The notes beneath the pieces are model-generated. The model worked only from the letters and a program-made list of their open reading frames with translations, was not told where the DNA came from and searched no databases. Position numbers and translations under genes: made by a program. DNA of 64,000 nt from Squalus acanthias. Lineage: Eukaryota. The stretch is taken from the NCBI GenBank assembly GCA_030390025.1, contig CM059425.1:167216001-167280000 (forward strand). The letters run 5' to 3'. Positions 11,324 to 23,322 of this stretch are shown piece by piece. The number at the start of each line of letters is the position of its first letter. The stretch's first letter is position 1.

Positions 11324-12285
11324 ATGGCTCAGCAAGCCAGGGAAGGGGGTACCTAGGATCTCGCATGCAGCAATCCAGCTTTGTGCAGGGGGTCAACACT
11401 GCAAGACTGGCCCTCTACCCACAGGGGCCAGGAGGCCCTCCAGAAAGAAGGATGTGTGAGTGCATCACCAAGGCCGTCACTGCCAGCAGTGTTGCCCCCA
11501 CCACCTGGCTCCAGTGCCCAAAGAAGCTTCGTGACCTCAGACCACTGGTCAAGGTCAGTGAATGCATCTTCAAAAGCCATCTCCTACCAACTGCACCACT
11601 AGCCTCACGCACTCCTCAATGAATGACCTCCACCCCCAATCACTCACCTACCTACAATATGCACCAATCACGAGGCACATCCTCATTCCTAGCCTCACCT
11701 CACCCCCTTGGAGGTGACGGTGCAGGCCATTCTTGGCAGGGGCATGGCTGAGCCCTTGGCCAGTGGTGGGGCTGAAGGATACAAGATGCTGGTATCCTCA
11801 TACGTTATCCTCCTTCTGGCATGCACCTTGATTTGACACTCCCAGCCACCAGCTCCTTGAGGTTGTCCTGCAAGGCCATCTGCAGTGTCCCCCACTGAAA
11901 TTCAGTAGCCATCCACCAGCCATGCTACAGCCACTGGGGTAGCACTGCATGAAATCAGTAGGATAGGCAAAAGCACACACAAGACAGTCACTAAGGCAAT
12001 GCACAAGGGTGATTCGTTAATTTCTTGACGTCATATTGGATGGATAGATGTATAAAATTGGATTGGAAAGTTTCCTTTGTGGTGGCTTTTATTTCAGCAT
12101 TGTGGCCAAGAGGATGCTGTATGGTAAGGAGTGGGACAAATGTTGAAAGGGGAATTGGGGTTGTGGTCACTGGTACTGCAGGTGAATGATTTGATCCCGG
12201 ATATCTCGGCCAGAAAGGGGCTGTCTGGGTTGCATCCTTCCTTCTGCTTCCTCCTCTTCTACACCTTCCTCTTCCCTCTGCGAGC
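11324..12285. pseudogene. Old Harbinger element internal remnants (Myb/SANT exon 1 on +, transposase 3' end on -)
   Basis: MAQQAREG...WLQCPKKLRDLRPLVK|GTCAGT matches the SANT exon seen elsewhere (WIQCRKRFNDLTRVVK|GT). Acidic-tail-like CTTCCTC repeats at ~12240-12280. The element probably extends from ~6677 to ~16794. Confidence 0.6.
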
Positions 12286-12471
12286 AGATGCTGGAAATGT
12301 GAAATAAAAGCAGAAAATGCTGGAAATACTCAGCAGGTCAGGCAGCATCTCAACCTGAGACGTTGGGCTCGATTTTAATTCCCAAGGCGGGTTGGAGTCG
12401 GGTTGTGTGGTGGGCGGGTTCTGGAGCCGCTTCCGGCGGGATCAGCTGCTGGTGTCCGATTTTGATTCAAT

Positions 12472-13163
12472 GGGCTGGATTTTCATTGACCCGTGGAGGC
12501 GGGTTTGGAGGCGTGTGGGGGGTTAAAATTGCGAAAAATGACGGGCGGGCATAAGTCCGCCTCCACGCAATTTTCATTAAATCGTGTCTGCTGGTCCCGA
12601 CTCCGCCCCGCTTCTAAGAGGCGGAATAGGCTGTTAAGGCCCTTAACAAGCACTAAATTGCCTCTAGAATGCTATTTTGAAAGGCCTTTGTGATTTTAAC
12701 CCTTTTTCTACGTGAAGCACGCCTGTTCTGAACCATGCATGTGAAACCTGGCGGGAGCACATTTGGATGACCGACCGACCGACCGACTGACTGACTGACT
12801 ACAGGGATGCATAGTTATGTGGATGGATGTATATATGGATGGACAGGAGACATATCTGGGAGTGGTGGTGTAAAAATATCTGGGAGCAGACTTAAGACTG
12901 CTGCTGCTCATTTTGCAGGTCCTCTCACAGCAAAGACCAGGCAGTCTCTGAAGACCTTCAATGCAGCAGCAGCAATGATGACATCATCAGAGGCGACTTT
13001 CAGACTGAAAACACTAATTGGTTCATGGGTTCCCACATGCTGGAATTCAATTGCCCAATTAGGTGAAAATCGCATCAATCTCCCACATCCAATTGCAGTC
13101 GGGTGGATAACACGAAAAGTGGATGACACGACCCCAGCCCACCCCAGTATCAAAATCCAGCCC
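12472..13163. mobile_element. Harbinger-type MITE nested in the previous element
   Basis: 12-bp perfect TIR GGGCTGGATTTT / AAAATCCAGCCC. TSD AAT at 12469-12471 and 13164-13166. Contains a (GACC)n(GACT)n microsatellite at ~12768-12800. Confidence 0.8.
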
Positions 13164-13321
13164 AATGAGTTTGTTAATTTCAAGGAGGCGCGCTGGCCGG
13201 TCCAATCAGTGCGATCGGGTCGGCTGCCCGCCTCTGATGACGTCATAATAGCAGCTGCTTTTAAAGCTGCCCTTCAGCCTAAGCCTTTCTCTTGTGGATT
13301 CCTGGATTTGATTTATACGCA

Positions 13322-15261
13322 ATGACTTCTTCCAGAGGCAAGGCAGCTCCTCGTTTTAATGATGAGTCCCTCCAAGTTTTTGTGGATGCTGTCAGAGGAC
13401 GCAGGGAGATTCTCTTCCCCCCTGATGGCCGGAGGAAGCCTCCTCAGCAGACCAAGGCAGCCTGGCTGTGCATTGCTCAGGAGGTCAGCGCAAGGTCCAT
13501 ATATACACGCTCATGGATCCAGTGCTGAAAAAGGTTTAATGATCTTGTGCGAACATCAAAAGTGAGTATCCTATCACACTTGCCTTCAATCTGCTTCCCT
13601 TCTCTTCTCAGCACCAGCATTCTGCATTGTAAGCCTCCTCCTTCACATCCCACCTTACTCTTACTTCCCTTGCACCCTTTCCTATCCATCTCTGTCTCTG
13701 CATTGAATCACTTCAGCATCCTGCCTATGCACCCCTTAGACTCGCTCTCACTGTCATGCAGTGACAACAACTAACAACGCACAGGGAGCTACCTTCCTCT
13801 TGGCACCTTACCCCATCTTTGTCTCACTCAAAGCTTCTATGGTAGGGATTATTGACCCTCACTCCATCACTGTGGCTGAAACACCGCTTGTGTCCCTCCT
13901 TGCAGGAAAAGATAGCCCACAATAAGAGGGAGAGAGCAATGACTGGAGGAGGAACACCTACCCTAGCCACATTGACCAGTGCTGAAGAGGCTGCAAACAA
14001 GATTGTTGGAGGTGGCGAGGACCTGGAAGTGGGCGATGGAGAGACGGGCACACTAGAGGAAGCTGGTCACATAATAGAGTTTCATCCCTCTCGGAATGTA
14101 ATGGCATATGATGTTCATAGACAATCGCGTTGTATCATCTTCTCAAAAGGATGTGTCTCCTACATCAATATCAGATGTCTAAATCATGCCTTTACTCTCC
14201 CACAGGACCATCGAGCGCCCCCCTCCCCACGATCCAGGACGAAGAGCCGGACAACTCCTCAGAGGAACCTGAAGCCTCTGAGGGAGCAGCGTCACCAGGA
14301 CTCAGCGCACCCAGCACCAGTGCAGCAACGCTCACCTCGGTGGGGCCCTCGCGAGTTAGAGTAGTGTTGCCACCTGGTCTATCACAGCGCACAAGTGAGC
14401 ATCAGCAGATGGTGGAAACAGCGACAGCAGTGGAGAGTCCTCGGAGGAGGTCGCAGGACTCCTAGCTCTGCTGAGCTGTATGCAGACGCTGTGCCTCTGG
14501 GACCAAACAGAAAAAGAGCTGTTTGCGAAATACAGGAACAAGTGCAGGAGTCTCTGGAAGGGTTTGCCTCCAGGGTTAGTGCGAGTGTGGAGAGAATGGA
14601 GGAGTCCAACTGTAACATCAGCACTGCCGTGGTGGAGGCAATGGCGCATGAACGTACCACCATGGATAGGATGGCAACCTCCGTGGAAAGGCTAGCTACC
14701 TCAGTGGAAAGGATGGCTACGGCCATGGAGGAAATAAGTCGCCAGAGTCAGGAAAACATGGTGACTGTTCAAAATAGAATGTCATCTCTGGAGGAGTGAT
14801 GGGCAGCTATTGAGCAGAGAGACCAGAGCTTCATGGACGTCCTTTTGATGAGGACTGCCAGTGCAGATACGGGTCCTCATGGCCCTCCTGAAGTGCAGCA
14901 AGGTGCTCTCCAGCCACTTGCCAGCACTGAGGTACGGCTGACCCATGAGAGGGATGTTGTTGGCAGGAAAGAAGGAAGTGTGGGCTCCCCTCAAAGCGCT
15001 CACACGACCATGCCACTGCGGAGCCCTCGGTATGAGACCCACTTTGCAGAGACAACTGAGATGGCCGTTTCAGCCCCTGCACAGCCTCAGGAAGAGCAGA
15101 CTGTTGAAGAGCCCTTCCAGGCTCCCAAACCCAGAGGATGCCCACCAAAGGCATCTAAGCAGGCGCAGCATCCTAGTCAGCAAGGTGCCTCTACATCTGC
15201 TAAAGCCACAGGGGAAGCACCACGTAGAAGCACGCGTAAGAGAAAGATTAAGCACCTATAG
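13322..15261 (+). pseudogene. Harbinger Myb/SANT-like DNA-binding protein, 3 exons (13322-13561, 13906-14065, 14206-15261), disrupted
   Basis: APRFNDESLQVFVDAV...AW...RSWIQC*KRFNDL, with GT-AG introns of phase 0 and 1. In-frame TGA at 13526-13528, frameshift near 14455 and TGA at 14797-14799. Basic C-terminus RRSTRKRKIKHL. Confidence 0.8.
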
Positions 15262-18200
15262 TCACAAGGGGAGTCACTTGGGTGATTTATCTTTTTTTTC
15301 TGACTCTTGCTGGTTTATCATCCTTTTGTGATGTTTAAAAGAAAAATTATGTCAAACAGTTGATTGTGTGGCCTATGTGTTATGGGAAATGGCAAAAGCA
15401 CATTGAGGGCTCAGGACGACTTGCTTTTGTAATGCTGATGGTAAAAGTGATAGGAAATAACAGGGTATAGCAGAGATGATGTATGACATTGGACAAGTGT
15501 CACCTACAATTACAGAGCCATATGGTTGCCACCTATGGTTGAAGAGTAAGCTTATTGTAGTGTGGCATGGCAGTGTGCATACCTTGCTTGATGGGCAGCA
15601 GTGAACTGGAAGGATGCTGCATTGGTTACAACAGGGCATGCAAGGCGCCCCTCGTCCTCCTCCTACTCCTCTTCCCAGGAAGATCTGCGCTGAGCCACGC
15701 AGCTGCTACTCCTCCGATTATGAGGACCAGAATGAGAGGGCATAAATGTTTCCCATCCCCTTGATATAGATTTCATTTGAGGCAACAATCTTGCAAGTGC
15801 ACAGTCGAAGTAGCCTGAAATTATTCCATTCATGTCACACTGCAGATGGGTGTCAGCTTGAACAGTCACAAGGTCAGTAGATGTGCAAAATCTTATCCCA
15901 TACCTACAACCGCAAAGTTGTTGCATTTGAATGTCAGCCATGTTTCAGGGGCGCTTTTAAAGTGCTCCACCAATGCATACAAATCATGTCCTCCAGTAAC
16001 TCATCTCCTTGAACCTGGCCTGTTTCTGACAAAGTCGGGAAACAGGGGCCAGAAGCCAGAAAATGGGAAACCACTATGAAAATAGGATTAGCAAGGCAGT
16101 TAACAGGCTGTTAACTGCTTTAACTACCTGTCCCACCGGTTCCAGTCAGGTCAGTTTGGGAGCGGCTGAACAGACACTCAGGAAAATTGGATGGGGGGCG
16201 GGATGGAGGCAGGTTGGGTGTCTGAAGCCATTTTTTCAGATTTTTGCTACAGACCCGCCTCCAAATCCGCCTCCTCAGAGCTATTAAAATTGAGCCCGTT
16301 AACTCTGTTTCTCTCTCCACAGATGCTGCCTGACCTACTGAGCATTTCCAGCATTTTCTATCTTCTCAGAGGCCTTCCTTTACCATCTGAAGCCTTGCAA
16401 GCATCCAGCAGCTCTCCCTGCACTCCCTGCACACTTTATAAAAAATGTTTAACATCTATTGCACCAAGCCACTACTTCAATAAAATATTTTTTTAAAGTC
16501 CAAAAGCTTAAATCCAAACTTACCTGAAAGATGTGTGTGTCCCTTTAAGAAGTGCTGACAGCATCTCTCCAGGGCTGCTTCACGCACGTTTTTCTGTGCA
16601 TGCTTAGGACCCAGCGTAATGATGAGCGAAAACGTCCAAGTTAGCCGATTGATGTCATGATCTGCTAATTTACATTTCAGAGGCCAGCGCTGTCAACGGC
16701 AGTGCTATGGCACTTACCAAAATGGCAGCCGTCGTGTCCCGTGCCGGAAGTCTTCAAGAAAACGGCCGGCATTAAGGCAAGCAATTTCTAGGCCTATCTA
16801 TTCAAAGATAGAGAAGGACCTCCCCAAACTGCCACTACTATTATTGGGCACCAATAATGTCATCAACTAATGCCCTGGCAGATCACTCTTGGGTAGCAAT
16901 AGAATGAGAATGCTGCTAACTACTATCACACACCTCCCCGAAATTGCTGGATCCAAAGAAATCCATCTTCTGTCTTCCAACAACTGCTAACCTGGGCTCC
17001 CCTGTGGACATGAATAGATGAAGGCTGCCACTTCCATATCCCTGGATGGCTGTCTGGAGTGTTGCCCATATGGCATAACCATCTGGGAGGAAATCCAAGT
17101 CCTGCCATGATAAGGGCATAACGTTTCTTTGCAACTTATTAGCAATGAAGCCTTCAAATAATTTGGCACCCTCCAAACGATATTTCAGCTCCACTAGAGC
17201 AATACCTTTGGTTACTTGCTAACTTAACTCTTCCTAACTGACCAAACGTTATCAGGTAAAGTCGTGGTGCAGCTCACAGCCTGAGAAACCTTCTTCCCAA
17301 CTAACATATATGCTATCAAAGGTCAAACCTAAAGAACTCCCAATATAAATTCAAGTGCAAATATCCATAGTTTAGTTATGATATGGTGTTTCTTCCCTCA
17401 GCACTTTGCCTTGGTGACAATTAATGTGAGGATTTATTAATTTGCCTGTGTGTTACCGTGGGGGGTGGGGGGGGGGGGAACAAAATGAGGTACTTGACTG
17501 CTGATTTGCCTGAAGGCAACTTAGGCTAGCAGTGGTTCATTAGCTCCTTCTGCAGGGTCAGAAGATGTCCCTGCAACTGCAGACACTACTTTTGCTGTTG
17601 CTGTGGCTGCCTGGACCTGCTCTCTTTCTGGCCCTACCAGCAGCCTTCTTTTATAGGTATGTCCCGCATAGCACCAGTCCTAGAACTCAGCAGTTGAGGG
17701 TGGCCTCAAGCTGGCCATCTGGCCTACTTGCTACTGCCCCATGGCTATGGAAAATCGACTGAAGAAAGCATCAGTTGGAATTTTCAGTTGCCCCCACATG
17801 CTATAATATAGCGTAGTGAGGACAGCTAAAGTACCTATTGGTAGTTTGCATGAGTGAAGGACTAATTCCTTGAAGAAAAAGATGGAAGAATGAGATACCA
17901 ACCTGCAGATACAGGTTCATCACCTGCGTGGAGACCATGGAGTCACAGTCCACTATGTCTACTTTGAGCTTATCCAGGGCTTCCGATGCTGGGCTCCCTT
18001 AGGTTTCCAGCCTCTCCATTCTATTGTAGGCTAAAATACCAGTGCTGCCTGCGCTCTTTTTGCGGGCGGCCATCAACTTCGGCCTGTGGTGGCACCGGCA
18101 GGTTACCGGCCTAATCGAATTTCTAGGTCATAGAGTTTTCTGATACTGATTCTGATTTGTTTATCTAATTCAGTAAAGACAATTTGTGGGATTTTGACTG

Positions 18201-20056
18201 GGAACATTTAGAACAGGCATAGGATGTTTATTTTGAAGATCTGTTTCCTAATATTGCATTTATCCAAACAATGCTTCTATTAATAGTCTACAAACTCTGA
18301 TGTCAAAACATTTTAGTGATGGGAAGACTTTCTGAGAACAATTAAATAATAAGTCTGTATTATGATTCTAGGGCCTAGAAATTGGATATGGCCATGAAAC
18401 GGGCAGTGTTAAGGTCCAACAATGTTAAGCTGCACCACCTCAAAATGGTTCAGGTAGCACGCACAATTCATGCTCACTCCTCATTTAACATGATTATAGT
18501 CTTGATTTCAGTGCTAAAACTGCTGCTCATTGGCTTAACGCTCAACAAGTGGACCAATGTCAGATCCAGTCTAATTCCCAGTCATGTGTGGCACAGGCTT
18601 TATTCAGTACTTAAAGGGGAGGTGCACTGATGCTACAGCACCTCATTGTCAAGCCACTCAGAAATGCAGCAGCAAGAAGAAGGTAGAGCAAAGCCATGGC
18701 GGAGCATCAGCAGAGGGAGAGAGCCTGCAGATTCTCCGATGCGGCTCTTGAGGCACTGGTCATGGCCGTGGAGAGGAGGCAGGCTGTCCTCTTCCCGCAG
18801 ACTGGCAAGAAGCCCTCGCCACACACCTCCCGAAGGTTCTGGCAGGAGATAGCTGCTCATGTCATGGCCAGCACTGCAGTCCCAAGGTTGGCCATCCAGT
18901 GCCGGAAGAGTTTTAATTACCTCACTTGGCAGTTCAAGGTGAGTGAAGGCTTCAGCAAATGCCATATCCCACCATCTGCACCACAAGCCTCACACACTGC
19001 TCAATGCACCACACCCTCATCACTCACCTACCAACAATCTCTACCTTTCACCACGCAGACCTCACAATCATAGCTTCACTTCACCCTCACAACTTTACCA
19101 CTGCTGCAGCACTCACACTCTCTCCTTGCACACAGTGACAGCTATTCAACTACGGCAGGCACATCGCCCAAACACATTGCACCACGTTCACTCACACACT
19201 TCCCTTTCTCTTGCAGGCCAAGGTCATGCATAATCGGAGGGAGCAGCGGCAGACAGGCAGGGGGCTGGAGGAGAGAGTGCTGGACATCATTGGGCGGCAG
19301 ATCATAGAGGCCATGGCAACTGGCGAGGTTGAACCCCTTGGGGACAACAGTATGCTCATTCCTAATCCTTCTTCTCACATCCCACTTCCCCCTCATCCCA
19401 CAATCTCTTCTCACTTTCAAGCTGCTGATGCTGTATGCATGCATATCTTGCTGGATTTACCAGTGTCGACTGGGGCTTGCAGGGTGTTGAAGTAGCCCAG
19501 CAATCTGTGCTCCAACAGATTGCTAGGAATGCTGAGGCACCGCCCCGGGGAAGTGGCAGTGGGTCAGTGGAGCAGGATCTTTTGTGGTGGCTCTCATTTC
19601 AGCTTTGTGTTCAAGAGGACGCTGTGATATTCTGTGACAAAGGGATGGTATGCTGGGGATGTGGTGAGCAATGGGGGTCTGGGGTTTCATTCATTGGCAT
19701 CTGAGTCTAATGAGCATTCACAGACAACCCGTCCGGAAGTCGGATTGGATGCCTGCCTCCTCCCTGCCTCCTTGTCTTCATCCTCTTCTACCTCTTCCTC
19801 CTCCTCATCCTCCTCCTGTGGTGGTCCCGCAATCCCAGGAGGCAAGGGCTGTGCCCTCATGATGGCCAAGTTGTGAAGTATGCAGCAGACCACCACAAAA
19901 TGGGACATCCGCTCAGCCAAGTACTGGCGAGCTCCTCCCGAGCGGTCAAGGCAGCAGAACCGTTGCTTCAGTAGCCCGATGGTCTGCTCGATGATGTTCC
20001 TGGTGGAAGCATAACTCTCATGATATGACTGTTGAGCATAAGTGGAGGGAGTCATG

Positions 20057-22023
20057 AGCCAGGAGCAGCACCAGGCGTACCTAAAAATGAGGTGCCAACC
20101 TGGGAAAGCTGCAACACAGGAATACATGCATGCTAAAAAGCGGAAGCAGCATGCTATAGACAAGGCTAAGCAATCTCACAATCAACGGATCAGATCAAAG
20201 CTCTGCAGTCCTGCCACATCCAGTCGTGAATGGTGGTGGACCATTAAACAACTAACTGGAGGAGGAGGCTCCATGAATATCCCCATTCTCAATGATGGTG
20301 GCGCCCAGCACGTGAGTGCAAAAGACAAGGCTGAAGCGTTTGCAAACATCTTCAGCCAGAAGTGCCGAGTGGATGATCCATATCGGCCTACTCTGAGGTC
20401 CCCACCATCACAGAAGCCAGTCTTCAGCCAATTCGATTCACTCCACGTGATATCAAGAAACGACTGAGCGCACTGGATACAGCAAAGGCTATGGGACCTG
20501 ACAACATCCCGGCTAGCGTGCTGAAGACTTGTACTCCAGAACTAGCCACGCCTCTAACCAAGCTGTTCCAGTACAGCTACAACACTGGCATTTATCTGAC
20601 AATGTGGAAAACTGCCCAGGTATGTCCTGTCCACAAACAGCAGGAGAAATCCAATCCGGCCAATTACCACCCCATCAATCTACTCTCAATCCTCAGCAAA
20701 GCTCTCAGGCGGCACTTACTCACCAATAACCTGCTCACTGATGCCCAGTTTGGGTTCCGCCAAGACCACTCGGCTCCCGATCTCATTACAGCCTTGGTCC
20801 AAACATGGACAAAGGAGCTGAATTCCAGAGGTGAGGTGAGAGTGACTGCCCTTGACATCAAGGCAGCATTTGACCGAGTGTGGCATCAAGGAGCCTGAGT
20901 AAAACTGAAGTCAATGGGAATCGGGTGGAAAACTCTCCACTGGCTGGAGTCCTACCTAGCACAAAGGAAGATGGTTGTGGTGGTTGGAGGTCAATCATCA
21001 CAACCCCAGGACATCGCTGCAGGAGTTCCTCAGGGCAGTGTCCTAGGCTCAACCATCTTCAGCTGCTTCATCAATGACCATCCCTCCAACATAAGGTCAG
21101 AAATGGGGATGTTCACTGATGACTGCACAGTGTTCAGTGCCATTCACAACTCCTCAGATAATGAAGCAGTCCATGCCCGCATGCAACAAGACCTGGACGA
21201 CATTTAGGCTTGGGCTGATAAGTGGCAGGTAACATTCGCGCCACACAAGTGCCAGGCAATGACTATCTCTAATAAGTGAGAGTCTAACCACCGCCCCTTG
21301 ACATTCAATGGCATTACCATCGCCGAATCCCCTACCATCAACATCCTGGGGGTCACCATTGACCAGAAACTTAACTGGACCAGCCACATAAATACCGTGG
21401 CAACAAGAGCAGGTCAGAGGCTTGGTATTCTGCAGCGAGTGTCTCTCCTCCTGACTCCCCAAAGCCTTCCAACCATCTACAAGGCACAAGTCAGGAGTGT
21501 GATGGAATACTCTCCACTTGCCTGGATGAGTGCAGCTCCAACAACACAAGAAGCTCGACATCATCCAGGACAAAGTAGCCCACTTGATTGGCACCCCATC
21601 CACCACCTTAAACATTCACTCCCTCCACCACCGGCGCAACGTGGCTGCAGTGTGTACCATCTACAAGATGCACTGCAGCAACTCACCAAGGCTTCTTCGG
21701 CAGCACCTCCCAAACCTGTGACCTCTACCACCTAGAAGGACAAGGGCAGCAGGCGCATGGGAACCCCACCACCTCCAAGTTCCCCTCCAAGGTCACACAC
21801 CATCCTGACTTGGAAGTATATCGCCGATCCTTCATCGTCGCTGGGTCAAAATCCTGGAACTCCCTCCCTAACAGTACTGTGGGAGTACGTTCACCACACA
21901 GACTGCAGCAGTTCAAGGCGGCGGCTCACCACTACCTTCTCAAGGGCAATTTTGCGATGGGCAATAAATGCTGGCCTTGCCAGCGACGCCCACATCCCAT
22001 GAACGAATATATAAAAAAAAAAA
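20057..22023 (+). mobile_element. 5'-truncated non-LTR retrotransposon (CR1/L2 group, poly-A tailed family)
   Basis: GPDNIP, ALDIKAAFDRVWH, AGVPQGSVLG, FTDD, ILGVTID. 3' end GGGCAATAAATGCTGGCCTTGCCAGCGACGCCCACATCCC plus A-rich tail. Several stops and frameshifts. Confidence 0.9.
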
Positions 22024-22045
22024 TAGGTGCAGAGCGGATAGCCAT

Positions 22046-23322
22046 CGGCTGGAATTTTCCTTAATTTGGCGGGTCTGCTACGGCCGGTGTCCGAGGCGGG
22101 TCCCGACCTCGCTGTACAAAATGAACTTCCCTTAATGGGGCCTATTAAGCCCGCCCAGCGTGTTACCCGGCCCAATGAGATGGAGCGGATCTGGTGACCT
22201 CATTCATTGCCACGTTTTAAGTCGGGATCCATAAAGGGACTCTGGCCACATTAAATTTTAAGTTCAATCTAACATAGTGGGTGTTGACTCTTTACTGTAC
22301 AATCATATGATAAAAGTTATGAGTGACAGAAATATTTAAATAAAATTATCTTTAGTAATATGACTCCATCTACAAATACGATCAAGAACCTAAGTTAAAA
22401 AGTACATTATTGGTGAAGTTATTGGTGCTTTAGTCACAATCTATAGACTTTTGTATCAGTAACTGATACAAATAAAAATGTATAGGTAATACATAAAATT
22501 AAGCAGATTTTAAATGTAATTGTAAAGGGGTGGATTTACAATCTTATGCAAGTTCAGCGGAAGAGCTGCGGAATCCCTGACACACAGTGTAAGTGGTGCT
22601 TACAATGTCTTTCTGGGATTTCTGCAGCTCTTCCATTGAAGTTAACAATGGACAAGTGAGAGAACCTCTGCAGAAATTCACCCTAAAGTCTCAGACTAAA
22701 AAATTAAATTACTCATTTTCAGGGACTGAAAGCAAATTGAACCAGTGGAATGAGTGATGAGAATGAAATTGTTATGGTTGATGACTTGATAGTATACTGT
22801 GAGAAAAACTTTACCAGAAACAACACAAAAATTATTTAAAAGGCATATGTCATTTTTTTATAGTGCAGATCAATTCACTGCAATTACTGTTCAGTTGGAA
22901 GGCAACTGCCGAGAAAGGCCAGTGAAAAATTAACATTTCCCAGTAGCTTTCAAGTAGTACAGATCTCCAACAATCTGTTAGCTGATGTAATCAACATGTT
23001 TTTATTTTGGTTTGTTTTCCATGCTGTCAAGTAATCAGCTGGAGCAATGGCTATGAAACTCACGCCTCAGGTTGACAGACATGGTTCCCGAGCTGTGTGA
23101 ATCCTGTGGCCATGCAGGGAAATTAAAAAATGAGGGGCAAAAGGCTCAAGTGCCTGTAAAGTACCTTTTATAATGATTTCAATTGGGTCCCCTGCCGCTG
23201 CAGGTAGTCAGCTCCACGCTGACAGATGCGCCTGTGGGAAAGGCGGGTTCCTGACCTGTCAAACAACTTTCCCACCTGACCTGCCACCGATCGCGCCTGC
23301 TACTACCACGGAAAATTCAGCT
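22046..23322. mobile_element. Harbinger-type non-autonomous element with an AT-rich interior
   Basis: Imperfect TIRs GGCTGGAATTTTCC and GGAAAATTCAGCT, sitting exactly between the GDKG and GYPL codons of the host transposase. Confidence 0.6.

Larger units (their letters stand above)
12365..16297 (+). mobile_element. Non-autonomous Harbinger element carrying a Myb/SANT pseudogene
   Basis: TIRs GGGCTCGATTTTAAT and ATTAAAATTGAGCCC. TSD GTT at 12362-12364 and 16298-16300. Removing it restores the Penelope tail ACGTTAACTCTGTTTCTCTCTCCACAGATG. Confidence 0.85.
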
